IMG/VR virus record: IMGVR_UViG_3300002307_000203
Location: 1 to 26,099 of that record
From: a virus
Taxonomy: Duplodnaviria > Caudoviricetes
Length of the DNA stretch: 26,099 bases
Direction: 5' to 3' (one strand)
Part shown: piece after piece, positions 7,911 through 16,352 of the stretch
Numbering within the stretch: the stretch's first letter is position 1
Layout of the letters: every line of letters begins with the position of its first letter
Notes under the pieces: generated by a model
Told to the model about the DNA's origin: nothing
The model's database searches: none
What the model saw: the letters and a program-made list of their open reading frames with translations, nothing else
Translations under genes and position numbers: made by a program

Positions 7911-7982
7911 TTCTCCTGTTATCGGTTCCGAATGGCAACCGGTGGAAGGCTGGACATTGCGCCAGCCTTCGGCCTGTTGTCA
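7911..7982 (-). repeat. Intergenic stem-loop/RBS element, copy 5
   Basis: Minus strand TGACAACAGGCC-GAAGGCTGG-CGCAATGT-CCAGCCTTC-CACCGGTTGCCA-TTCGGAACCGATAACAGGAGAA. Confidence 0.9.
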
Positions 7983-8138
7983 CTTTTCAGCGTTAAGAAC
8001 CGCATCTTGAGCGCTTTTAATCAATCCTTCGAGGTGGCAGCCTATGCCAGCCCAGACGACGAACACTTGAAGATTACCAACGCCGTAGCGTTCCGCTCGG
8101 CCTTCTTTCCCGTCCACCGTAAATTTCCAGACTTTCAT
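7980..8138 (-). CDS. Small hypothetical protein (52 aa; absent from the ORF track)
   Basis: MKVWKFTVDGKEGRAERYGVGNLQVFVVWAGIGCHLEGLIKSAQDAVLNAEK*; GAGGAG RBS, ATGA overlap, stop codon is the start of copy 5. Confidence 0.8.
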   Translation of the reverse strand: MKVWKFTVDGKEGRAERYGVGNLQVFVVWAGIGCHLEGLIKSAQDAVLNAEK

Positions 8139-8416
8139 TGCGTGATCTCCTCTAGGATAATGTCGGCCTCAACGACTAGGAAAGTGTAGGTCGAGCAATC
8201 GGCTGCATAAGGGTAAAAGCTGAAGGCGTCGTGGTAGTGAATAAATCCGGCGTCTTCGGCATCGGTGCAGCTCAGGTTCGGCTCGTTTTTGGCAAGCCAG
8301 TCGTGAAATTGATCGGCTGCCTTGATCTCGTCGTCTTCGAGGCCTGAGGCATCGCCGTTAATGTAGTAAGACGCCCAGTAGCTGGGCGCTGTCACGGTAA
8401 AGGTCTTTATTGCCAT
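8135..8416 (-). CDS. Small acidic hypothetical protein, first gene of the leftward operon
   Basis: 93 aa, CAGGAG RBS, motif WASYYINGDASGLEDDEI. Confidence 0.8.
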   Translation of the reverse strand: MAIKTFTVTAPSYWASYYINGDASGLEDDEIKAADQFHDWLAKNEPNLSCTDAEDAGFIHYHDAFSFYPYAADCSTYTFLVVEADIILEEITQ

Positions 8417-8429
8417 TGTTCATCTCCTG

Positions 8430-8501
8430 CTAGGACGTTGCGTCCTGTGCATACTAGGACGGTGCGTCCGTCTTGCTGTCAACTCTTTTTTTTAGTATAG
8501 T
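8430..8501. promoter_or_regulatory. Divergent promoter region with twin operator-like palindromes
   Basis: CTAGGACG(T/G)TGCGTCC at 8430-8445 and 8454-8469; minus TTGACA(8482-8477)-N20-TAGTAT(8456-8451); plus TTGCTG(8473-8478)-N17-TATAGT(8496-8501). Confidence 0.65.
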
Positions 8502-8828
8502 GTTGCCAATGGTTTAGCTGTGTCGGTTTCCGGTAGGTAAGAAACAAAATCGCGCAAATCAGGTGCTCTTGATGCTGGTAGGTGAAAGGCATCAAAGACA
8601 GGGAAGCGGGAGAGACTGCTTCGAGGCTCTAGCAGAGGCTGGGGCATACAGACCGGACAGACGGTCGAGCGGCTCAAGGTATCAGGACAGCGCAGGGGTG
8701 AAATTTTACGGCCGCAGAGGTCTGCTCCTTGTTGTCCAGTCCATAGGTACAGACAGGGAAAGAAACAGTCCCAGAGAGCCTACAGACAGGCAAGGAGATG
8801 CTATCAGGGACAGGGGTGACTCTGGAGC

Positions 8829-8856
8829 TAGACAATCAATCCGTAATGATTATAAT
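8829..8856 (+). promoter_or_regulatory. Possible sigma70-like promoter upstream of terS
   Basis: TAGACA-N16-TATAAT. Confidence 0.4.
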
Positions 8857-8909
8857 CAATGGGAGCATAAGTCAGAACCAATGACTTAGGCTCAGATGGA
8901 GCATAAGAG

Positions 8910-9296
8910 ATGGCTAAAGGTGGCAGAAGGATCGGTGCAGGGCGGAAAGCTGGCACTTCGGACAAGACATTGCGCAAGTTCTCCGTGGATCAGGTGCTTA
9001 ACAGTATCGGATCCGGTCCAGATGCCACGCCTCTAGCGTTCCTAATGGGTGTAATCCACCTTCCAGCCGGCACGGAAGGAGTAAAGCTTTCTGACCGGAT
9101 ACAATGCGCCATTGCTGCTGCGCCGTACGTTCACCCGCGCCTGTCCTCTGTCGAGATGAAGGGCGATCCGAACGCTCCAATCCAGATACAATCGGATATT
9201 AGCCAAGCATTACAAGCACTTGCAGAGATGACTAGGAATAGAAACCTAATCGAAATAGAAGCTGAACCGGCATTGCTCGAAGCTGGCAGTCTCTAA
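8910..9296 (+). CDS. terS: Terminase small subunit (putative)
   Basis: GGRRIGAGRK N-terminus, TPLAFL, AAAPYVHPRLSSVE; directly upstream of terL. Confidence 0.75.
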   Translation: MAKGGRRIGAGRKAGTSDKTLRKFSVDQVLNSIGSGPDATPLAFLMGVIHLPAGTEGVKLSDRIQCAIAAAPYVHPRLSSVEMKGDPNAPIQIQSDISQALQALAEMTRNRNLIEIEAEPALLEAGSL

Positions 9297-9299
9297 AGT

Positions 9300-9335
9300 G
9301 GACGTGGCGTCATCTCTGGATAGGACGTGCCGTCC
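9300..9335. promoter_or_regulatory. Second pair of GGACG-N3-CGTCM palindromes
   Basis: GGACGTGGCGTCA (9300-9312) and GGACGTGCCGTCC (9323-9335). Confidence 0.6.
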
Positions 9336-9411
9336 ATGTGGTGACACCCCCCAGAGCGATCCTCGGGCAATTTTTATAGACCCCTCCCACCCGTTTTCAA
9401 AGTTATGATTT

Positions 9412-10857
9412 ATGCAAGCCATTGAAATCATTCAGAATAATATCGGCAACCTCGATTTAATCAGTCAGGAAGCTGTCTTAGCGCGGCTCAAATGGCTAAA
9501 GACGGCTAGACCCAATCAGGTGATACCTGAGACGACGGACTGGTCTTACTGTGGGGCTTTGGCTGGTCGCGGGTTTGGTAAGACGATGATGGGGGCTGCA
9601 TGGGCTTGGTGGCAAGCGTGGCAGAATCCCAAGTCTTATGGGGCTATTATAGCGCCTACCCGGTATGATGCTCAGTCTGTATGTATAGAGGGACCGGCTG
9701 GTCTATTGGCTCAGATGCCTAATAGCATTATTGAGAGCTATAATAAGAGTGAGCTTAAGATACGGTTGAAGAACGGATCAACAATGCAGGGGTTCTCGGC
9801 GAGTGAACCGGATCGTCTGCGTGGTCCCCAGCATCATTGGGCTTGGTGTGATGAGCTTGCGGCTTGGGAGAGTGGAGACGAAGTATGGGATATGCTTCAG
9901 TTTGGTATGCGACTTGGTAATAATCCACAGACGGTGTGGACTACGACACCAAGACCTACGGCTGCGGTTCGCAGAATTGTGAACTTACATAACACTATTC
10001 TAATACGGGGAAGCACTTTTGACAATGAAAAGAATCTTCCAGCGAGCTTTTTTGATAATTTGTCGCAATACAATGGTACAAAGATTGGTAGACAGGAATT
10101 GATGGGTGAGCTACTGGATTCTGAGGAAGGCGGCATTATCAAGAGGGATTGGTTTAATATTTGGCCGAGAAGCCAGCCCTTGCCACCGTTTCAAATGATA
10201 GTAGTATCCCTTGACACGGCATTTACTGAGAAGACGTTAAACAAGAAGAGTGGTGATCCTGATCCAACTGCGTGTACTGTCTGGGGTTATTTTGACCATG
10301 ATGGTATGGTTGGCTTTCTGCTGTTGGACTGCTGGAGCGATCATTTGGGGTTCCCTGACCTTGTTGAACGATCTAAGAAGGAAATGGCTATAAGGTGGGG
10401 CGATGATGAGTTTAACGCAGAAATCAAGCCCCAGTTCGGTTCCCGTAAGCCGTATAATATGGGCAAAAAGCCAGATCATCTTATCATCGAAGACAAAGGT
10501 TCCGGTATTTCCCTTAGGCAGACCTTGTACCGAGAGGGAATTTTTCCAATGCCTTATAATCCCGGAAGGGCTTCTAAACTCCAGCGTCTTCACGCCGTCT
10601 CGCATTTCTTTGCTTCGGGCCTAGTCTATGTGGTTGAGTCCAAGAAAATGGCTGGAGCACCTGCAACTTGGACAGAAGAGATGATCTCCCAGTTATGCTC
10701 ATTTCGAGGAGAAGGGTCTATTAGGCACGATGACTATGTAGATTCGACGACTCAGGCTTTGCGCTGGATGGCGGATAATGCTAACATATCGGTTACGGAA
10801 CAACCCGAAATTGATTATCGTCCCCCTAAGGAAGTGGTGAACCCCTATGCAATCTGA
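9412..10857 (+). CDS. terL: Terminase large subunit
   Basis: Walker A AGRGFGKT, LRGPQ, Walker B WCDE, TTTP, nuclease DTA..IEDKGSG..HDDYVD. Confidence 0.95.
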   Translation: MQAIEIIQNNIGNLDLISQEAVLARLKWLKTARPNQVIPETTDWSYCGALAGRGFGKTMMGAAWAWWQAWQNPKSYGAIIAPTRYDAQSVCIEGPAGLLAQMPNSIIESYNKSELKIRLKNGSTMQGFSASEPDRLRGPQHHWAWCDELAAWESGDEVWDMLQFGMRLGNNPQTVWTTTPRPTAAVRRIVNLHNTILIRGSTFDNEKNLPASFFDNLSQYNGTKIGRQELMGELLDSEEGGIIKRDWFNIWPRSQPLPPFQMIVVSLDTAFTEKTLNKKSGDPDPTACTVWGYFDHDGMVGFLLLDCWSDHLGFPDLVERSKKEMAIRWGDDEFNAEIKPQFGSRKPYNMGKKPDHLIIEDKGSGISLRQTLYREGIFPMPYNPGRASKLQRLHAVSHFFASGLVYVVESKKMAGAPATWTEEMISQLCSFRGEGSIRHDDYVDSTTQALRWMADNANISVTEQPEIDYRPPKEVVNPYAI

Positions 10858-11131
10858 TTTTATTGACGGCGGCAACATTAATTGGGCCAACCAGTCTGAT
10901 GGGAAAGATACCCAAACTCAAATTGGAAACCTTATGGCATCCGGTGGCATGGCCCCAATGCTACAACCAACAATGAATCAGCAACTCAATATGGCCCATG
11001 GTGGCCATGTTGACCATCTTGAGCAAATGGGACCGGAAGGTTTGATCTCCATGATCCGGGAAGAATTTAGGAAGCGCGGATTGGATTTTGATCGGTACAT
11101 GGCTCACCGGATGTCCCATTCCCGCAAATGA
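10847..11131 (+). CDS. Hypothetical protein with MAxGG motifs
   Basis: 94 aa, overlaps both neighbours; MASGG and MAHGG. Confidence 0.7.
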   Translation: MQSDFIDGGNINWANQSDGKDTQTQIGNLMASGGMAPMLQPTMNQQLNMAHGGHVDHLEQMGPEGLISMIREEFRKRGLDFDRYMAHRMSHSRK

Positions 11132-11520
11132 TTAAAGATATATTGGCCTTGATGAACCAATCCAAACTCCACAAGAAGTGGTATGTCGAGGATGTGTTCA
11201 ACATTATACTTCCCCCAATTGAAAATGGTCAGTGCATCATTGTTCGGGAAGAGAACAAAATTGTCGGTTTTGGAACATGGGCATATATGAGTAATTCCTC
11301 ATTGGATGATTTTTTAAATGGAAAACGCAAGATTAATCCTCAAGACTTTAACAGCGGAAATAATATTGCATTGGTAGATATTATAGCTCCCTACGGCCAT
11401 GGGAAAGAGATTGCTTTCAAAATACGCCACCGTCTGGTAGAACTGGGCCATTGGGGAAAGAAGATTAAATACGTTCGGTATTACCAAGGTAAGAAGGTCC
11501 AAAAGGAATCTCTGTTATGA
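11128..11520 (+). CDS. RTX toxin-activating lysine acyltransferase (HlyC/RtxC family)-like protein
   Basis: N-terminal SKLH (family Ser/His motif), ILPPI..GQ, WAYM, FNSG..LVDIIAPYGH. Confidence 0.85.
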   Translation: MIKDILALMNQSKLHKKWYVEDVFNIILPPIENGQCIIVREENKIVGFGTWAYMSNSSLDDFLNGKRKINPQDFNSGNNIALVDIIAPYGHGKEIAFKIRHRLVELGHWGKKIKYVRYYQGKKVQKESLL

Positions 11521-13406
11521 CAACATTGTTGGATAAATATTCCTTTTGGAACATCATTGCCCTTGGTGGCGGTGGTGGTGACGGTGGCGGTGGCGGGAAA
11601 AGCAGCGAAGAACGCGATACCAGCGGGGATCGCGATACCAGCGGGGATCGCGATACCAGCGGGGATAATGCAAATCTTTACAATGCCCCTATTGGCCCCG
11701 GCCTATCCAACTCTCCAGATATTGGAACGCCAACTTTTAATTCTCGTGGTGATGTAACATATTCTGGCACGCCAACTGTAAGTGAAGCTCCAACAGACAA
11801 TTCTGTTTTTACAGCCCCACCTACAGCAACTTCTACATTTACCACAGGTCCGGTCCCTGACTCGGTTGTTTTAACAGGGCCATTTAATGGTAGTTATCCA
11901 TCCGGCGGCGTTCCAGACTTCTCCGGCGGCAATTCAACAAATGACGCCGTTTTTCGGGCCGCTCTTGATGCTATTGGATCTGTACCATCTCCCGGTATAG
12001 CGGCTGACCTTGCTGCAATGGGTGGTGTTCCAGCCCCGGGCACTCCAATGCCAATTGACCGTCCGCAAGATGCAGCAACCATTGACCGCAATGGACCGTT
12101 TTCTTTTAATGGCTTTGGTCAAACGATTGGAGTTACACCCCCCGGCGAAACACAAGTTAATCCATCTACTAATTTTGGTAGTATTCCAAAATACCAAGAT
12201 ACATCCCAATTGCTTAAGCAAGTTCCGGGTGCATCATCCAGTACGGATACAAGTGATCCAAATTCTGCTTTGAATCAATTGCTTCAAGCATCCCTTGGAA
12301 TTACTCCAGCAGCTGCGGCTGACACGCCGCCAGTCAATTTTGTTTTGCCCGGCAATGTCCCATTACCTCCAGCTCGTCCAGATGACTTTTCAAATGTCCC
12401 ATTACCTCCAGCTCGGCCAGCCGATTTAAATGGTGGAGACATCGCTGCTCAAAAACCAATAGATGCTTTAAACTTAAGAACGATCTCTGCTCAAAAACCA
12501 ATAGATGCTTTGGATTTAAGAGCGAATGTAGCTACACCATCCGAAACGCAACCAATTACCCCGTTTGAGCAGCTTGTTAAAAACATTACAACAGAACTTC
12601 CTAAAAATGCGACAAATGCCGCAGTAGGATTTGTTCCCGGCGTTGGTTTAGTCAATACTGCTTCCGGTATATTAGGGGGGCCAACCATTGGCTCTATGTT
12701 ATTTCCAAAAGATACTTCGGGAGAAACCGAAACTACCGATCAGACAAAAGGCAGCTCATTTACTCCCCCTTCATACACGAATGATCAGCTTCGAGACCTT
12801 ATGAACCAACCCGGTTGGGGATCCGAAGACCCCGGTTTGATTGCCGATTTTAATAAATACAATACAGATACCTATGGCGTAAAATCTGGCCCAACTACCC
12901 GTGGTGGTGAAATATCTGTAGGCCAAACAACACCTGAAGTAATGGTGCCTGATGCCAATGGAAACATGGTTCCTACGTTTTTAAGCACTCTTAATACAGG
13001 GCTTGAAGAATTATTTAACCCATTTGTTAAAATGGGAACCGACAAGTACAGCGCATTGGGTGGTAATAATGCTGGTACTTTAAGCACAATAGGAAAAACT
13101 GGAAGTACAACTTCTACTAGTAATACAAATCCTATTGTAGTTGATAAGAAAACTTATGATGTAACAACTCCTACTACTTCAACCGTTACTACACCAACCA
13201 CCACAACAACATCAAAAACAACAAATAACTCTACTCCAGTAACTACTACTCCAAGCACATCAAATTACACATCTTCTTTTAATAGAAAGTATACTGGTCC
13301 GGGTAAAAATGTTTACCGTTATGGGTATGGCCCAGAATCATCTTTCTATACAACGGCAGCAAAGGGCGGTAAGATCGGCCCCTTAAATCAAATGCGGAAA
13401 AGGTAA
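11517..13406 (+). CDS. Gly/Pro/Thr-rich low-complexity protein, possible internal virion or ejection protein
   Basis: 629 aa; short leader followed by a poly-Gly tract, internal repeats, C-terminal AAKGG; ATGA-coupled to the acyltransferase. Confidence 0.65.
   Translation: MTTLLDKYSFWNIIALGGGGGDGGGGGKSSEERDTSGDRDTSGDRDTSGDNANLYNAPIGPGLSNSPDIGTPTFNSRGDVTYSGTPTVSEAPTDNSVFTAPPTATSTFTTGPVPDSVVLTGPFNGSYPSGGVPDFSGGNSTNDAVFRAALDAIGSVPSPGIAADLAAMGGVPAPGTPMPIDRPQDAATIDRNGPFSFNGFGQTIGVTPPGETQVNPSTNFGSIPKYQDTSQLLKQVPGASSSTDTSDPNSALNQLLQASLGITPAAAADTPPVNFVLPGNVPLPPARPDDFSNVPLPPARPADLNGGDIAAQKPIDALNLRTISAQKPIDALDLRANVATPSETQPITPFEQLVKNITTELPKNATNAAVGFVPGVGLVNTASGILGGPTIGSMLFPKDTSGETETTDQTKGSSFTPPSYTNDQLRDLMNQPGWGSEDPGLIADFNKYNTDTYGVKSGPTTRGGEISVGQTTPEVMVPDANGNMVPTFLSTLNTGLEELFNPFVKMGTDKYSALGGNNAGTLSTIGKTGSTTSTSNTNPIVVDKKTYDVTTPTTSTVTTPTTTTTSKTTNNSTPVTTTPSTSNYTSSFNRKYTGPGKNVYRYGYGPESSFYTTAAKGGKIGPLNQMRKR
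11613..11666 (+). repeat. Perfect 18-bp tandem repeat x3 (RDTSGD)
   Basis: CGCGATACCAGCGGGGAT at 11613, 11631, 11649. Confidence 0.97.
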
Positions 13407-15866
13407 ATGGCCGATAATCCTGAAGATATGTCGATGGACGGTGAGTTTGTCGAAATTGAAAATGAAAAGACCGACGTTCAAGATACGGACGACGGCGGGG
13501 CCATTGTTACTTTAGAAGATGAAAGTGAAGCCGATGAAAATCCTGAATTTTATGCTAACCTTGCTGAAACAATCCCTGACACTGCTTTATCAGATCTCGC
13601 AAACGATCTACTTGATGCTATCGCACGGGATAAAGAAGCTCGTAGTCTTCGTGACAAACAATATGAAGAAGGGTTAAAGCGTACAGGATTAGGCAACGAC
13701 GCCCCGGGTGGAGCGCAATTCCAAGGTGCCTCCCGTGTTGTTCACCCAATTCTGACCGAAGTATCTATTGACTTTGCCGCTCGCGCTATTAAAGAATTGT
13801 TCCCCCGTTCTGGTCCAGACTCTGGTCCAGTAAAAGAACAAATCATTGGCGATCCAACAGCTGCAAAAGCTGAGAAGGCAAAGCGCAAGAGCCGTTACAT
13901 GAATTGGCAGCTCACTGAGCAAATGCCAGAGTTTCGCAATGAGCTAGAGCAGTTGCTTACCCAAGTTCCGCTTGGTGGCGCTCAATATCTCAAGCTAACA
14001 TGGGACCGTCGCCTAAAGCGTCCAAAGCCATATCTTATTACTATCGATGATATGTATCTGCCTTATGCGGCTACGTCGTTCTATACGGCTGACCGCAAAA
14101 CCCACCGTCAAAATGTAACCCAACTTGAATTTGATCGCCGTGTTGCATCTGGCTTGTACCGAGACATTGAGTTGCTTCCCACTTCGATGCCAGAGCAGAC
14201 TAAGGCAGAAAAGGCAAATGACAAGATCGAGGGCCGTGAGCAGTTTGATTACTATGATGAAGACGGTCTTCGTGAGATTTTTGAGTGTTACGTCGAGTGC
14301 GAAATCAGTGAGGACGACAAGACCGAAGGCGAAACTGCACCGTACATCGTCACGGTTGATTCGGTAAGTAAAGAGATCGTTGCCATTTATCGCAACTGGG
14401 ACATGGACGATGAGCGCATGGTTGCGCTTGATTGGATCATTGAGTTTCCATTTGTTCCTTGGCGCGGCGCATATCCAATTGGCATTGTCCATATGATTGG
14501 TGGCCTATCAGCCGCTATCACTGGTTCGCTTCGTGCGCTTATGGACAGCGCTCACATTCAAAATAGTCAGACTGGTCTAAAATTAAAAGGTGGATCAAAA
14601 GGTGGCCAAAGCCTTAATATCCAGCCAACTCAAGTTCTTGAAGTCGAAGGTACGCCAAACAACGATGATATTCGCAAAACATTTATGCAACTTCCCTTCC
14701 CGGGACCGTCGCAGACATTGTTTACCCTTATGGGATTTCTTGTTGATGCAGCCAAGGGCGTTGTGCGGACAACCTTTGAAGACATATCGGACAACCCAGA
14801 TCGCCTACCAGTTGGAACGACATTGGCTCTTATTGAGCAAGGCATGGTGGTATTCAATGCCATCCACGCCCGTCTCCATGACGCTATGGGCCGCACCTTA
14901 AAGGTTCTTCACCGTCTCAATAAGACATATCTTGAAGAAGAAAATGTCTATGACGAGACGGGTGAGCTTTTGGTTCGTCGGTCTGATTTTGAAGGCCCAT
15001 TAGATGTTATCCCGGTATCCGACCCAAATATCTTTTCGGAAGTCCAGCGGTTTGCCCAGCTCCAAATTATTGAGCAACGCGCTCAAGCAATGCCGGATTT
15101 GTATGATCTTCGTAAGGTTGAGGAACTTATTCTTGACAGAACGAAAATCCCAAACGCCAAAAATTTGCTAAAAAAGGTTCCAGAGCCTCAAAAGTTAAAT
15201 GCAGTTAACGAAAATGTAGCTGCAACAATGGGTTCTCCCATTATTGCTTTCCCGGATCAAGATCACTTGGCTCATATTCAGGTTCATCTGAGCTACATTT
15301 CTAATCCGCTTTTGGGTGGAAGCCGGATCATGGCACCAGTTGTCATACCTCCAATGCTCAACCATCTAAAGGATCACATTGCTTTGTGGTACGTTTCGGA
15401 AACGGTTCGTATTGCATCTCAAGCTGCTGGCATGGATGTGTCCAAACTCATGGACCCTAAGAATACAGACATTGACCAAGAGTTTGATCGTATGTTGGCA
15501 TCTGCTGATGCTCATGTAGAAGCGGAAGCTCAAAGAACATTGGGTTCTATTCCCCAGATTATTCAGCAAGTTATCCAGCTTATGCAGCAATATATGCCAC
15601 CACAGCCAGATCCAACGCAACTTGCGATCCAAGCTCAACAGGCTGAAACGCAGCGCCGTGCAATGGCGGATCAGGCCAAAAACCAAAATGATCGTCAGAA
15701 AATCATATCTGACACACAGAACAAACAACTAGAGATTCAGGCGCGTGAACAAATGAACCGCGAGGACAACCAGACGGCAATGCTTATTGCTGCGTCTGAA
15801 TTGGAGGCTGGGCATCGCACCAACCTCAAAAATGGTACTGGCATCCAAAAAGGGCAAACACAATGA
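13407..15866 (+). CDS. Portal protein (P22-like, with Q-rich C-terminal extension)
   Basis: 819 aa, between terL and the head genes; acidic N-terminus, long helical Q-rich C-terminus. Confidence 0.85.
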   Translation: MADNPEDMSMDGEFVEIENEKTDVQDTDDGGAIVTLEDESEADENPEFYANLAETIPDTALSDLANDLLDAIARDKEARSLRDKQYEEGLKRTGLGNDAPGGAQFQGASRVVHPILTEVSIDFAARAIKELFPRSGPDSGPVKEQIIGDPTAAKAEKAKRKSRYMNWQLTEQMPEFRNELEQLLTQVPLGGAQYLKLTWDRRLKRPKPYLITIDDMYLPYAATSFYTADRKTHRQNVTQLEFDRRVASGLYRDIELLPTSMPEQTKAEKANDKIEGREQFDYYDEDGLREIFECYVECEISEDDKTEGETAPYIVTVDSVSKEIVAIYRNWDMDDERMVALDWIIEFPFVPWRGAYPIGIVHMIGGLSAAITGSLRALMDSAHIQNSQTGLKLKGGSKGGQSLNIQPTQVLEVEGTPNNDDIRKTFMQLPFPGPSQTLFTLMGFLVDAAKGVVRTTFEDISDNPDRLPVGTTLALIEQGMVVFNAIHARLHDAMGRTLKVLHRLNKTYLEEENVYDETGELLVRRSDFEGPLDVIPVSDPNIFSEVQRFAQLQIIEQRAQAMPDLYDLRKVEELILDRTKIPNAKNLLKKVPEPQKLNAVNENVAATMGSPIIAFPDQDHLAHIQVHLSYISNPLLGGSRIMAPVVIPPMLNHLKDHIALWYVSETVRIASQAAGMDVSKLMDPKNTDIDQEFDRMLASADAHVEAEAQRTLGSIPQIIQQVIQLMQQYMPPQPDPTQLAIQAQQAETQRRAMADQAKNQNDRQKIISDTQNKQLEIQAREQMNREDNQTAMLIAASELEAGHRTNLKNGTGIQKGQTQ

Positions 15867-16117
15867 TGAAATCCGGCATTAATCAGCACAAAAAAATGGC
15901 AATGGGAATGGCTATCCCACAGCCGAAAGGTAAGACGACCCCTTTTAAGAAAGGTGGTATGGCTTGGGAGGGTTCAGCAATGGACGAGGCCCAAGACAAG
16001 AAGCTCGCCAAGAAACACCATATGTCTATGAAAACATGGGAAAAATCCCCAATGGATACCAAGCACGACCGCCAGAAGTCTATGAAAGGACTAAAGCGCG
16101 GTGGCAAGGCTTGCTGA
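15863..16117 (+). CDS. Small basic protein with KxGG motifs
   Basis: 84 aa, FKKGG and LKRGG; overlaps the portal stop. Confidence 0.7.
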   Translation: MMKSGINQHKKMAMGMAIPQPKGKTTPFKKGGMAWEGSAMDEAQDKKLAKKHHMSMKTWEKSPMDTKHDRQKSMKGLKRGGKAC

Positions 16118-16352
16118 TTTTCCACTAATTGAGCGGGTGCTCATTGCGCTTAAGAAAGAGCAAAGAGAATTTGCAGAAAGTGCGATGAGCCACCCTGCAC
16201 ACCGAGACGCCTTTGAGTATGGGCGTGTGACCGGACATTATTCCGGGTTGATGAAAGCCGTTGAGACCATCGAAATGGCTTTGAATAAAGAGAGCGAGGA
16301 CGACGATCATGGTTACAAACGCCGTGGTGATTCCTTCATTATCAGAGATTGA
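16101..16352 (+). CDS. Small helical hypothetical protein
   Basis: 83 aa between portal and the GroES-like gene; start uncertain. Confidence 0.65.
   Translation: MARLADFPLIERVLIALKKEQREFAESAMSHPAHRDAFEYGRVTGHYSGLMKAVETIEMALNKESEDDDHGYKRRGDSFIIRD

Noticed and set aside
6112-7982. Repeats as a CRISPR array
   Set aside because: Intervening segments are whole genes of several hundred bp, the repeats diverge in sequence, and there are no cas genes
6112-7982. Repeats as canonical integron attC sites (AAC...GTT in the outer stem)
   Set aside because: Flanks do not fit RYYYAAC/GTTRRRY, copies 2 and 4 have GAC in place of AAC, no integrase is in the window, and UNCG loops with G-U pairs point to RNA-level function. 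Cassette-like mobility remains possible.
6112-7982. Repeats as intrinsic terminators
   Set aside because: No U-tract follows the hairpins on the coding strand
7466-7983. ORF-track starts at 7510 and 7983
   Set aside because: These extensions run through the repeat elements; the ATGs at 7465 and 7905 have properly spaced AGGAG sites
8563-8889. 108-aa plus-strand ORF before terS
   Set aside because: No clear RBS, Arg/Gly/Ser-rich composition explained by the purine skew, no recognisable motif
11517-13406. 629-aa protein as an RTX toxin
   Set aside because: No tandem GGxGxDxLx calcium-binding repeats and no secretion genes nearby
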